Origin: an uncultured Thermoanaerobaculia bacterium
GTDB taxonomy: Bacteria; Acidobacteriota; JBCCFW01
Assembly (NCBI GenBank): GCA_964613915.1
Contig: CAZTIW010000019.1
Location: 8,240 to 72,239 of the forward strand
Reading direction: 5' to 3'
DNA: 64,000 nucleotides
The notes below the pieces were generated by a model. It saw nothing but the letters and a program-made list of their open reading frames with translations, searched no databases and had not been told where the DNA came from. Both the position numbers and the translations under genes were made by a program. Of this stretch, positions 10,801 through 20,824 are shown piece after piece. Positions within the stretch are counted from its first letter, which is position 1; every line of letters starts with the position of its first letter.

Positions 10801-10999
10801 CGCCATCGCCTTCGGCGACATCAACGATCCGAAGTCCCGCGTCAGCCGCCTCAAGGCGACGTCGCGGAACTACACGATGCTCACCGAGCTCAGGACCCGG
10901 CCCCGGACGAGCTACCTCGCCCGCGTCCGCAACCCCAACCCGGCTCTCGCTCCCGCCCCGGCTCCCGCCGCGGCCGGGGGTGGCGGCCACCACGGATGA
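7886..10999 (+). CDS. actB: ACIII subunit ActB, fused molybdopterin-like and 4Fe-4S ferredoxin domains with a Tat signal
   Basis: Twin-arginine motif (SRREFLGVMGASLALAGL). C-terminal Cys clusters (CTGCSACTIAC, CMQCETAPC, CIGTRYCANNCPY). ATGA overlap with actA. Confidence 0.85.
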   Translation: MSDSMQPTPQAPAPRGEQYWRRLPSDQDAATAESRREFADGADVVEMNDVSRREFLGVMGASLALAGLSTTGCTHLRKTPEEILPYARRPEDLVPGRAMFFATAAHVAGSVLGLLVESHEGRPTKIEGNPDHPMSLGGTSVWAQAEILGFYDPDRSTSATQGASASTVDAAIAALAARLAEAKASGGLGIVTDARPSRTRQRLIDALAAATPGTRVFVSDATARTASAAGARLAGAPAGTRAVPDLSKAAVIAAFDADFLGTDGDAVRHSRHFASRRKPEDPSAEMNRLYAVEAAFTLTGALADHRLRVKSSRVAGVLAALATRLGVPADAAAALAAARVDDADKRFLDALADDLRRAGSSALVLVGERQPAAAHALAHLIHEQLGAIGNTVSVVADAAPAGEGLAALAEALRGGSVKTLVVLGANPAHDAPGDLKMAEAIGACGFSLHLGLTRDETARACQWHVPQAHWLEAWDDLVAADGTVAITQPLIAPLHGGISDIELLARASGDASPALALVQATAGLDAAAWKAGLQKGVIPGAAPAVAAAPASPRDLAPLAAALAAIPAAGDGLEADFILDMSILDGRYANNAWLQELPDPMTKMTWDNVVSVSKATAAKLSVKDGDVLEVKTPAGATTIPVFVAPGIADDVLVLPLGYGRADLGRVANGVGSSVAALRAAASPYWASATASATGRRVKLATTQEHGTLYEDHGPHLERADLVRETRLDQWREEPMFIREMDIVSDELLANQLFKSPNQVDGQQWGMTIDLSACTGCSACTIACQAENNIPVVGRDRVLQGREMHWIRVDRYFRGPEENPDAAIHQPVPCMQCETAPCEQVCPVAATTHSTDGLNDMVYNRCIGTRYCANNCPYKVRRFNFFNYARENDTLMLPGEPVDDRPILDQVFQKNQPATLLALQRNPNVTVRFRGVMEKCTYCVQRISRSRIDAKVHGDGVIPDGGVVTACQQACPADAIAFGDINDPKSRVSRLKATSRNYTMLTELRTRPRTSYLARVRNPNPALAPAPAPAAAGGGGHHG

Positions 11000-11031
11000 G
11001 GCCCGCCGGGCCCAGGGCGTGAACGACCACC

Positions 11032-12474
11032 ATGGCTGACACTCACCAACCCGAGGTTCCGTGGGCGGACCTTGACCCGATCGTCGGGCGCGCGCCGCTG
11101 ATTCACGGGGCGACCGACTTCGCGTCGATCACCGCCGCCGTCGCGCGTCCCGTTCAATCCGCGGCGCCCAAGTCCTGGTGGATTGCCTTCGCGCTGGCCC
11201 TGGGGCTCCTCGGGTGCCTCGGCGTGAGCGTGGGCTGGCTCATCTGGGAAGGCATCGGCATCTGGGGCCTCAACAACCCGGTCGGCTGGGGCTTCGACAT
11301 CACGAACTTCGTGTTCTGGATCGGCATCGGCCACGCCGGAACGCTGATCTCGGCAATCCTGTATCTCTTCCGGCAGAAGTGGCGCACGTCCATCAATCGG
11401 TTCGCCGAGGCGATGACCATCGTCGCCGTCATGTGCGCCCTGATCTTCCCGTCGATCCACGTCGGCCGCGCATGGCTCCTTCACTACGTCATGCCGATCC
11501 CGAATCAGATGGCCATGTGGCCGAACTTCCGGAGCCCGCTGCTCTGGGACGTGTTCGCCGTCAGCATCTACGGTTCGGTCTCGATCATGTTCTGGTACAT
11601 GGGCCTCATCCCGGATCTCGCCACGATGCGAGACAGGTCCACGACCAAGCTCTCGCGCCTTCTCTACGGGTTCTTCGCGCTGGGGTGGCGGTCGAGCCAC
11701 CGTCACTGGTGGCACTACGAGCGCGCCTACCTGATCCTCGCCGCGCTCTCGACGCCCCTCGTGCTCTCGGTGCACTCGATCGTTTCGTTCGACTTCGCGA
11801 CGTCACAGCTCCCGGGCTGGCACACGACCATCTTCCCGCCGTACTTCGTCGCGGGCGCCGTGTTCTCGGGCTTCGCCATGGTCGTGACGCTCATGACCCT
11901 GGCGCGCATGGTCTGGGGTCTCGAGCATCTCGTCACCATCCGGCACTTCGAGAACATGGCGAAGATCATGCTCGTGACGGGCTCGATCGTCGGGTACGCC
12001 TACGTCGTCGAGTTCTTCATGGCCTGGTATTCGGGCAACCACTACGAGCGGTACGCGTTCCTCAACCGCGCCTTCGGCCCGTACTGGTGGTCGTACTTCA
12101 TCATGTTCAGCTGCAACGTGATCACGCCGCAGATCTTCTGGTTCAAGAAGGCCAGGAAGTCGATCGCGATCATGTTCATCGTCTCCATCTTCGTGAACAT
12201 CGGCATGTGGTTCGAGCGGTTCGTCATCATCGTGACGTCGCTCCACCGCGATTTCCTCCCCTCGAGCTGGGCGATGTACTACCCGACGAAGTGGGAAGTC
12301 CTGACGCTGATGGGCAGCTTCGGCCTGTTCTTCACGATGATGTGTCTCTTCGTCCGGTTCGTCCCCATGGTGGCGATGGCCGAGCTCAAGGGGGTGACGC
12401 CTGCGGCGGATCCGCACGCCGGGCCCCCTGACGCGGATCCGGCCGGCGTCCCCGCCCCGAGCCTCGCGCCATGA
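11032..12474 (+). CDS. actC: ACIII subunit ActC, NrfD/PsrC-family polytopic membrane quinol-binding subunit
   Basis: About 10 transmembrane helices with NrfD-like hydrophobic architecture. Conserved position in the operon. Confidence 0.85.
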   Translation: MADTHQPEVPWADLDPIVGRAPLIHGATDFASITAAVARPVQSAAPKSWWIAFALALGLLGCLGVSVGWLIWEGIGIWGLNNPVGWGFDITNFVFWIGIGHAGTLISAILYLFRQKWRTSINRFAEAMTIVAVMCALIFPSIHVGRAWLLHYVMPIPNQMAMWPNFRSPLLWDVFAVSIYGSVSIMFWYMGLIPDLATMRDRSTTKLSRLLYGFFALGWRSSHRHWWHYERAYLILAALSTPLVLSVHSIVSFDFATSQLPGWHTTIFPPYFVAGAVFSGFAMVVTLMTLARMVWGLEHLVTIRHFENMAKIMLVTGSIVGYAYVVEFFMAWYSGNHYERYAFLNRAFGPYWWSYFIMFSCNVITPQIFWFKKARKSIAIMFIVSIFVNIGMWFERFVIIVTSLHRDFLPSSWAMYYPTKWEVLTLMGSFGLFFTMMCLFVRFVPMVAMAELKGVTPAADPHAGPPDADPAGVPAPSLAP

Positions 12475-13040
12475 TCGACCTCATCCAGGACACGTTCACG
12501 AAGAACCGGCGGTCTCACTTCGGCCTGCTCGCCGAGTTCAAGACGCCCGGCGAGCTGTACCACGCGTGCGAGAAGGTCCGCGACGCGGGCTTCACCCGGT
12601 GGGACGCGCACTCGCCCTTCCCGGTGCACGGGCTCGAGAAGGCCATGGGCTTGCCCGTCTCGCCGCTCCCGTACATCTGCTTCGCGGCGGGCATGGTCGG
12701 CGCGGCCTCGGCGCTCACGCTGCAGTGGTGGACGAGTTCCGTGGGCTACCGCATGGTCATCTCCGGAAAGCCGTTCTTCTCATGGCCGGCGTACATCCCG
12801 ATCACCTTCGAGCTCGGCGTCCTGTTCGGCGCCCTCGGGGCCATCCTGGGCATGCTGGCTCTCAACCAGCTCCCGAGGCACCATCACGCGCTCTTCTCCT
12901 CGCAGCGGTTCGCGCGAGCGAGCGATGACCGCTTCTTCATCTCGATCGAGTCGTCGGACCCGCGGTACGACGAGGCGGCGACGCAGCAGTTCCTTCAGGG
13001 GCTCCACCCCGAGAGCGTCGAGCGCGTGGAGGCCGGATGA
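12471..13040 (+). CDS. actD: ACIII subunit ActD (DUF3341-like membrane protein)
   Basis: ATGA overlap with actC. About 189 aa with two transmembrane segments, as is typical of ActD. Confidence 0.75.
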   Translation: MIDLIQDTFTKNRRSHFGLLAEFKTPGELYHACEKVRDAGFTRWDAHSPFPVHGLEKAMGLPVSPLPYICFAAGMVGAASALTLQWWTSSVGYRMVISGKPFFSWPAYIPITFELGVLFGALGAILGMLALNQLPRHHHALFSSQRFARASDDRFFISIESSDPRYDEAATQQFLQGLHPESVERVEAG

Positions 13041-13657
13041 TGCGCCAGGTCGTTGTCCTTTCCCTGGTCGTGGCGGGGATCGCGCTCACGGGGTGTCGCG
13101 GGACCCTCTCGTCGCGGCCGCCGCTGCACCTGAACGAGAACATGGACGAGCAGCAGCGACTCGACCCGCAGGAGGCGAGCCCCCACTTCGCGGACGGTCG
13201 CGGCATGCGTCCGCGCGTCGAGGGCACGGAGCCCCGCCCGACCGGCACGACGGACCCCGTGGCTCTCACGGGGAAGATCGGCGAGGCCTTCACGGAGGAG
13301 CTGCCGAGCGGGATCGCGCTCGACCGTGCGCTCCTCGAGCGTGGCCACCAGCGCTACGACATCTACTGTTCCCCCTGTCATGCCGTCACCGGCGACGGAA
13401 ATGGCTCGGTCGTCGCCCGGGGCATGCAGCCTCCGCCGTCGCTCCACGACGACCGGCTGCGCGCGTATCCGCTCGGCCAGCTCTTTGACGTGATCACGCA
13501 CGGATCGCCGAGCAAGGTGATGCCGTCGTACGCGGCCCAGATCCCGCCGGAGGACCGGTGGGCGGTGGCCGCCTACGTGCGCGCCCTGCAGGTCTCGCAG
13601 GCCGCCGAGCTCTCGCAGGTCCCCGCCAGCGTGGCGGCCGAGAAGGGATGGAAGTGA
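13037..13657 (+). CDS. actE: ACIII subunit ActE, monoheme cytochrome c lipoprotein
   Basis: Single CSPCH heme motif. Lipoprotein signal (LTGC). ATGATG overlap with actD. Confidence 0.8.
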   Translation: MMRQVVVLSLVVAGIALTGCRGTLSSRPPLHLNENMDEQQRLDPQEASPHFADGRGMRPRVEGTEPRPTGTTDPVALTGKIGEAFTEELPSGIALDRALLERGHQRYDIYCSPCHAVTGDGNGSVVARGMQPPPSLHDDRLRAYPLGQLFDVITHGSPSKVMPSYAAQIPPEDRWAVAAYVRALQVSQAAELSQVPASVAAEKGWK

Positions 13658-14904
13658 TGGGCGGACACGCGGTCAGCCTCGATCCGGCCAAGCTCCAGGT
13701 TCCCGCGACCCACGGCCTGCGCAAGGTCCCGGCCATCGCGCTCGGCGTGGCCGCCGTGGGTCTCGTGGCGTCGCTGGTGCTGGGCCTGACGGGCCTCGGT
13801 GGCGAGCACGGACTCAAGAACTTCTACTTCTCGTATCTCGTCGCCTTCGTCTACTTCTTCACGCTGGGCTGCGGCGGCCTGTTCTTCGTCCTGGTCAACC
13901 GCGTGGCCAAGGCCGGCTGGAGCGTCACGCTCCGGCGCATCGCCGAGAACCTCGCGGGCACGCTGCCGTGGATGGCGCCCCTGTTCATCCCCGTGCTCGT
14001 CGGCATGCACGAGCTCTACCACTGGACGCATGTCGAGCACCACGACGCCATCCTGGCGGCCAAGGCGCCGTGGCTGAACGAACCGTTCTTCATCGGGCGC
14101 GCCGTGTTCGTCCTGGTCGCGCTCGGCTGGATGGGCTGGTGGTTCCGGCGCGAGTCGGTGATCCAGGATCAGGCGGGGGAGCGCGACGTCCGGCTCGGCC
14201 CGACCCGCACGACGTCCACGCGGCGGCTGTCCATGGCGGCCGGGCCGTGCGTCTTCCTCTTCGCGCTCGCGCTCACGCTCGCCGCATTCGACTGGGTGAT
14301 GTCGCTCGAGCCGCACTGGTACTCGACCATCTTCGGCGGCTACCTCTTCGCCGGGAGCGTGCTCGCGATCCTGGCCCTGCTCATCGTGCTGGGGATGACC
14401 CTGCAGCGGGGCGGGCTGCTCGGCAAGGCGGTGACGGCCGAGCACTATCACGACCTCGGGAAGTTCCTGTTCGCGTTCGTGGTCTTCTGGGGCTACATCG
14501 CGTTTTCGCAGTTCATGCTGATCTGGTACGCGAACATCCCCGAGGAGCAGCACTGGTACCACATGCGCATGCAGGGTTCGTGGACGACCATCACGAAGGT
14601 CATCCTCTTCGGTCACTTCCTGCTGCCGTTCTTCTTCCTCATCCAGCGCCGGGTCAAGCGCCACCGGGGCCTCCTGTTCGGCGGCGCGGCGTACTTGCTG
14701 CTCATCCACCTCGTGGACATCTACTGGATCATCATGCCGACCGGCCATCGCGCGGGCTTCCAGCCGAGCCTGCTGGACCTCGCGACGCTGCTGTTCGTCG
14801 GCGGCGTCTTCGTGCACGTCTTCGCGCGACTGACGCTCGGGGCTGCCCTGGTGCCGGTCAAGGATCCGCGCCTCGAAGAGGCCCTGGCCTTCGAGAACTT
14901 CTGA
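13657..14904 (+). CDS. actF: ACIII subunit ActF, second NrfD-family membrane subunit
   Basis: TGATG overlap with actE (alternative ATG at 13648). Polytopic membrane protein paralogous in architecture to ActC. Confidence 0.8.
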   Translation: MGGHAVSLDPAKLQVPATHGLRKVPAIALGVAAVGLVASLVLGLTGLGGEHGLKNFYFSYLVAFVYFFTLGCGGLFFVLVNRVAKAGWSVTLRRIAENLAGTLPWMAPLFIPVLVGMHELYHWTHVEHHDAILAAKAPWLNEPFFIGRAVFVLVALGWMGWWFRRESVIQDQAGERDVRLGPTRTTSTRRLSMAAGPCVFLFALALTLAAFDWVMSLEPHWYSTIFGGYLFAGSVLAILALLIVLGMTLQRGGLLGKAVTAEHYHDLGKFLFAFVVFWGYIAFSQFMLIWYANIPEEQHWYHMRMQGSWTTITKVILFGHFLLPFFFLIQRRVKRHRGLLFGGAAYLLLIHLVDIYWIIMPTGHRAGFQPSLLDLATLLFVGGVFVHVFARLTLGAALVPVKDPRLEEALAFENF

Positions 14905-14943
14905 GGCGCGCGGCCCCGGCCGCCGGCGCCGACCGGGGCCTGC

Positions 14944-15258
14944 CTACCGGAAGACCGCGAACGCGAGGCCCACGGACGCGATCCACGCGACCAGGCCCGC
15001 GATGGTCAGGGCGCGGGCCGCGCCTTTCTGCACCACCAGGTTGCGCAGCGCGAGCCCGGCCGCGAGCCCCGTGGCGACCACGTGCCACTCGGGCTGCCGG
15101 AAGCCCAGCCAGCCGGCCAGGATGGCCATGCCCAGCAGCGTGCCAGCCCACGAGGCTTCGCGCCGCTCGCGAGCCCGGACGAGAAGGGCGGCGGCGCCCA
15201 GCCACGCGGCGGCTCCCGCGAGCCCGGTTCCGGCCACGACCGCGATCGGGGTGCTCAT
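14944..15258 (-). CDS. Small three-transmembrane hypothetical membrane protein
   Basis: Hydrophobic 104-aa ORF convergent with actF. Start chosen at the MSTPIAV Met. Low complexity, so only moderately supported. Confidence 0.35.
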   Translation of the reverse strand: MSTPIAVVAGTGLAGAAAWLGAAALLVRARERREASWAGTLLGMAILAGWLGFRQPEWHVVATGLAAGLALRNLVVQKGAARALTIAGLVAWIASVGLAFAVFR

Positions 15259-15339
15259 GAAGTCGGAGAAGGCGTTGCTCACGCCCCGATCATGTCGCAC
15301 CCGGCGCTCGCGGGCGCGGGCGATCGCGGGCGATGTTCG

Positions 15340-15633
15340 TCACGGCTGAGGCTCCCGCGGCGGCGGTTCCGCCGGCTGGTCGCCGGCACCGGCGGCGGGC
15401 GGGGTGGAACTGCCCGAGGACGTGAAGCGGTCAATGCGCTCGCGCAGCCGCGCGAGCAGCAGGCGCGCCCACGCGAACTCCGTCGCGAGGATCATCAGGC
15501 CGAGCGGCACCACCACGATGGCCGGGCCGGGCGTGACGACCAGCAGGACGCCGACCAGCGTCACGGATGCGCCGAGAACGAAGATCACGGCGCGGCGCAG
15601 CCAGCGCCACCGCCGAACGGGGTTCGGCGTCAC
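15340..15633 (-). CDS. PGPGW-family small transmembrane protein, GTG start overlapping the terC stop (GTGA)
   Basis: Translated tail of track ORF 15340..16437: VTPNPVRRWRWLRRAVIFVLGASVTLVGVLLVVTPGPAIVVVPLGLMILATEFAWARL. It carries a PGPGW-family-like PGP motif and two transmembrane segments. The GTG overlaps the TerC stop. Confidence 0.45.
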   Translation of the reverse strand: MTPNPVRRWRWLRRAVIFVLGASVTLVGVLLVVTPGPAIVVVPLGLMILATEFAWARLLLARLRERIDRFTSSGSSTPPAAGAGDQPAEPPPREPQP

Positions 15634-16619
15634 GGATCCGGCTGCTGGAGCGCCGCCTTGCGGGCGGCCTCGCGCCGCTGCGCGACGAGCGACACGGCGA
15701 CGCCAGAGGCCAGGATGCCGACGACGACGGCCAGCGATGCGCCCGTCGAGATGTGCGCGTGGTGGTGAAGCAGCATCTTCACGCCGATGAAGGCCATGAG
15801 GACGACGAGCGCCGTCTTGAGGTACTTGAACATGTCCATCATCCCGGCCAGCGCGAAGTAGAGCGAGCGCAGGCCCAGGATGGCGAAAATGTTCGACGTG
15901 AACACGAGAAACGGATCCGTCGTGATGGCGAAGATGGCCGGGATCGAGTCCACGGCAAAGAGAACGTCGGTGCTCTCGACCACCAGCAGTGCCACGAAGA
16001 GCGGCGTGGCGGCCTTGCGACCGGACCAGGACGTGAAGAAGTTCCCGCCGTCGAAGTGGGGCGTGACGGGATAGAACCGCCGCAGAAGCCGGAACAGGAA
16101 GTTGCTCTCCGGGTCGAGCTTGTCGTCGCTGACCAGGAGGAGCCGCACGGCCGTGGCCAGCAGGAGCAGGCCGAACACGTAGTTCATCCACGCGAAGCGC
16201 GTGACCAGGGCGGTCCCCAGCGCGATCATGATCCCGCGGAACACGATGGCGCCGAGGATCCCCCAGTAGAGGACGCGCTGCTGGTGCTGGGGCGGCACGC
16301 CGAAGTACGTGAAGATCAGCGCGATCACGAAGATGTTGTCCACCGACAGGGACTCCTCGACGAGGTATCCCGTGATGAACTGGAGCATGGCCTGCTTGCC
16401 GCCCAGCGCGTCGGGGCCAACCCCGAAGCCCATCCACTGGCGGTCATAGAGGAAGTAGACCAGGACCGAGAACGACATCGCGAGGCTCACGTAGAACGCG
16501 GTCATCGCGAGCGCGGTCCGCACCGTGGGCGCGGTTCCCTTGCGTCTGAGCACGCCGAGGTCGAGTGCCAGCAGGGCCAGCACGGCGACGATGAAGGCTG
16601 CCCAGACAAGCACGGTCAT
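15630..16619 (-). CDS. terC: TerC-family integral membrane protein
   Basis: 329-aa polytopic protein with TerC signatures (ESLSVDNIFVIALIF, ESTDVLFAVDSIPA). The upstream part of the track ORF has no start context and is rejected. Confidence 0.8.
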   Translation of the reverse strand: MTVLVWAAFIVAVLALLALDLGVLRRKGTAPTVRTALAMTAFYVSLAMSFSVLVYFLYDRQWMGFGVGPDALGGKQAMLQFITGYLVEESLSVDNIFVIALIFTYFGVPPQHQQRVLYWGILGAIVFRGIMIALGTALVTRFAWMNYVFGLLLLATAVRLLLVSDDKLDPESNFLFRLLRRFYPVTPHFDGGNFFTSWSGRKAATPLFVALLVVESTDVLFAVDSIPAIFAITTDPFLVFTSNIFAILGLRSLYFALAGMMDMFKYLKTALVVLMAFIGVKMLLHHHAHISTGASLAVVVGILASGVAVSLVAQRREAARKAALQQPDP

Positions 16620-16871
16620 GAAGCGCGGAGATCTCGAGAAGCGATGGCCTGCGGGGATCGCCGCGGCGTGTCGGAAAGCGTGGATCGCGGGCCGGTGGAG
16701 GCGCCGGAGTGCGCGAGAGTGTACCGGAAACGCTCGCCGGATCCGTTGCCGCGGCCCGAACCGTCGGGTAGTCTCCGCCCGTCGTCCGGCCTCGCGAGCC
16801 CGACCATGTCCGGCGCGCCACGGCGCCGCATCCAGTCCGGGCCGGCGAGGCTCCCGAGGCCAGCACCCACC

Positions 16872-17609
16872 ATGCACGGGACCCTTGCCCTCACCGCGGC
16901 GCTTCTTGCCGCCAGCACGGCCGCGCTGGCCGAGCCCGCGGCTCCGCCTGCTGGCGAGGCCGCACGCGGCGACGCGGGCCTGCGCGGCGTCGTCACCGGC
17001 ACCGTCATGTACGCGGGGACCGAGAGCGAATCGCGGGAGGCCGTGACGAGGGACGCATCGGCCTGCGGAGAGCCAGGTCTCCGGCCCGCCGGCGATCTGC
17101 TCGTCTCGGAGGGGCGGCTCGCGAGCGTGGTCGTCTGGCTGCCGGAGGCCGCGAGCCTGCCTGCCGGCGTCGGGTCGGCGCCCGCGGTGGTGGACGTGAC
17201 GAACCGGTCGTGCGCCTTCGAGCCGCGCATCAGCGCGGGGCGCGCCGGCGGCACGCTGCGCATCCGCAACGCCGATCCCGTGCTTCACGGGGCGCGGCTG
17301 ACGGACGAGGCTTCCGGCCGCCCCGTCATGAACCTGTCGCTGCCGCTCGAGGGCCAGGTCATCGAGAAGCCCCTGCGGCGAGCCGGGCTGATGCGCCTGG
17401 GCTGCGACGTCCACGAGTGGATGCGCGGCTTCGTCTGGGTGGTCGAGGCGGGCCCCGCGGCCGTGACGGGGGCCGACGGGCGCTTCAGCCTCGCCGGCCT
17501 GCCGCCGGGTCGCCACGTCGTGGCGTTCTGGCACGAGCGCCTGGGCGAGCGGCGGGCCGAGGTTCTCGTCCCTGAGACCGGCCCGGCGGTGCTGGACCTG
17601 ACGTTCTGA
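16872..17609 (+). CDS. Secreted type-1 copper (cupredoxin/plastocyanin-like) protein, possibly with a C-terminal carboxypeptidase-regulatory-like beta-sandwich
   Basis: Signal peptide MHGTLALTAALLAASTAALA. Cupredoxin ligand pattern: an H-strand (TLRIRNADPVLHG) followed by C-x2-H-x2-M (GCDVHEWM) as in amicyanin/pseudoazurin. C-terminal TGADGRFSLAGLPPG motif. Confidence 0.6.
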   Translation: MHGTLALTAALLAASTAALAEPAAPPAGEAARGDAGLRGVVTGTVMYAGTESESREAVTRDASACGEPGLRPAGDLLVSEGRLASVVVWLPEAASLPAGVGSAPAVVDVTNRSCAFEPRISAGRAGGTLRIRNADPVLHGARLTDEASGRPVMNLSLPLEGQVIEKPLRRAGLMRLGCDVHEWMRGFVWVVEAGPAAVTGADGRFSLAGLPPGRHVVAFWHERLGERRAEVLVPETGPAVLDLTF

Positions 17610-17758
17610 GAGCGTGCCGACCGTCACGCCATCTTGCGCAAAAACGCGGCCCTTCGCTATCGTCGCGAAGCCTCTCCTGTCAGTTCCGGAACCCGCGCCC
17701 CCCGGCAGAGCGGGGGACCGGCCCCCGCGGCTCCGGCCGCCAGCGTGAACGGGAACCC

Positions 17759-18310
17759 ATGACGCCAGCCACCCGACTCTCCGTCCTGACGCTCGCCGCG
17801 CTCTCCCTCGCCGTCGTGGCCCTGGCGGCCGATGGCCCGGCCTGGACCGAGGACGCGCGCGTCTACCGGGCCAACCAGGCGGCGCGCACGCGCGAGTACG
17901 CGCCCAGCGACGCCCACCCGGGCAAGTACCGCGTCCCCGTCACGCACGCCATCGACATGTTGCTGGCCGATCCCGGGCTGCTGAAGTCCGTGCCGATCTT
18001 CGTCGATCCCAACGCGACGCCTGCCGACCGCGGGCGGCTGGTCTTCACCAAGCTCCACCCGTGCTCGACCTGTCACGCCGTCGAGCCCGCCGACCTGTCC
18101 GTCAAGCTCGGGCCGCGCCTGCACGGCCGCTGGGGCCAGCCGGCCAAGTTCGCTGGTGGCAGCGCGACGTTCGACGAGGCCTACATCCGCGAGTCCATCA
18201 TGAATCCGCTGGGCCAGATCGCTGACGGCTTCCAGCCCGTGATGCCGCCGCTCGCGCTGACGGAACAGCAGATCGCGGACGTCATCGAGTACATCAAGAG
18301 CCTGCCCTGA
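17759..18310 (+). CDS. Monoheme class I cytochrome c (secreted)
   Basis: Signal peptide. Single CSTCH motif. A Met-rich distal region (QPVMPP) typical of c551/c552-type or caa3-type cytochrome c domains. Confidence 0.8.
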   Translation: MTPATRLSVLTLAALSLAVVALAADGPAWTEDARVYRANQAARTREYAPSDAHPGKYRVPVTHAIDMLLADPGLLKSVPIFVDPNATPADRGRLVFTKLHPCSTCHAVEPADLSVKLGPRLHGRWGQPAKFAGGSATFDEAYIRESIMNPLGQIADGFQPVMPPLALTEQQIADVIEYIKSLP

Positions 18311-18456
18311 TCGGAGCGCACGGCGCTCGGCGCGTCCCGGCGGCGCGACCTCTCACGGGCGCGGGGCTCACCCTCGGCTTTCTCCTTCTCGGCGGCTGTG
18401 GCGCCCCGCGCGGCGGCGCCAGCGACGCGGCGGGCGATCTCGCGGAGGGGGCCCGC

Positions 18457-19209
18457 GTGTACGGCCGGGCCTGCGCGCCGTGCCACGGTGACGGCGATGG
18501 TCGCGGACCCTCGGCCGCCGGCCTGCAGCCGCCAGCCACGGATCTGGGGCGCGGCGTCTTCAAGTTCGGATGGGTCGTGGACGGCATGCCCCGCGAGGAG
18601 GATCTCCGGCGCATCATTCGCGACGGCCTCGCCGGCACCGCGATGACGGGGTGGGACTTGCCCGACCGCGAGATGGGACCGCTCGTCGCGTACCTGCGCT
18701 CGCTCGCGCCGGCCGCGTGGGCCGAAGGGGAGGGCACGCCCGTGACGCCTCCCGCCGATCCCTGGGCGCCCGATCGCCTCGCCGCGGCGGTCGCGCGCGG
18801 TGAGGAGGTCTACCACGGCGTCGCGCAGTGCTTCAGCTGCCACCCGGCGTACGTCGAGCGCTCGCGCGTGCTCGCGCTGCGTGGCGGCGCTGGCCTCCGC
18901 GATCGCCTCCACGACTCGATCCCGCCGGCGCCGGATCCGCTCTCGCCCGGGTCCGCGGGATCGACGCCTCCCGACTTCACGTTCCACACCCTGCGCTCCC
19001 CGCGTCCCGCCACGCGGTCGGCGGATCTCTACCGCGTCATCGCCGCGGGCGTTCCCGGGACGGCCATGGCGACGTGGGAGGGGGCGCTGCCGCCCGAGGA
19101 CCTCTGGGCGCTGGCGCACTACGTCGAGTCGCTCGGCGCGTTGCGCGGGAGCCCCGCGGCGGCCACGCTGCGCGAGAGGCTCCTGGCGGCGGACGTCGCG
19201 CCGCCGTGA
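18457..19209 (+). CDS. Diheme cytochrome c (class I); the true start probably lies upstream near 18307-18310, at a non-canonical codon
   Basis: Two CxxCH motifs (CAPCH, CFSCH). The in-frame upstream sequence encodes a lipoprotein-like signal (LTLGFLLLGGC) but has no ATG/GTG/TTG. The coordinates start at the first GTG. Confidence 0.65.
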   Translation: MYGRACAPCHGDGDGRGPSAAGLQPPATDLGRGVFKFGWVVDGMPREEDLRRIIRDGLAGTAMTGWDLPDREMGPLVAYLRSLAPAAWAEGEGTPVTPPADPWAPDRLAAAVARGEEVYHGVAQCFSCHPAYVERSRVLALRGGAGLRDRLHDSIPPAPDPLSPGSAGSTPPDFTFHTLRSPRPATRSADLYRVIAAGVPGTAMATWEGALPPEDLWALAHYVESLGALRGSPAAATLRERLLAADVAPP

Positions 19210-20712
<1,503 letters not shown>

Positions 20713-20824
20713 GGCGCCATTGTAGTGCCCGGGCGATCGCGCCACGAGCGGAGCGCCAGGACCCATGGCCATGGCGCGTCAGGGAGCGGCCTCGGGCGGC
20801 AGGTCTCGCGCCACGTCACCCCCG

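Noticed and set aside
7880-10993. 1037-aa minus-strand ORF antisense to actB
   Set aside because: Arg/Ala-rich low-complexity translation exactly mirroring actB. actB has clear Tat and Fe-S motifs, so the antisense ORF is spurious.
15567-16871. Upstream 435 aa of the 680-aa ORF leading into the cupredoxin gene
   Set aside because: Runs antisense through terC. Arg/Glu/His-rich, with no domain features. The real gene starts at the signal-peptide Met (16872).
17699-17716. GC-rich hairpin (CCCCCG-N6-CGGGGG) between the cupredoxin and cytochrome c genes
   Set aside because: Short stem with no U-tract, so not convincing as an intrinsic terminator. It could be incidental in GC-rich DNA.
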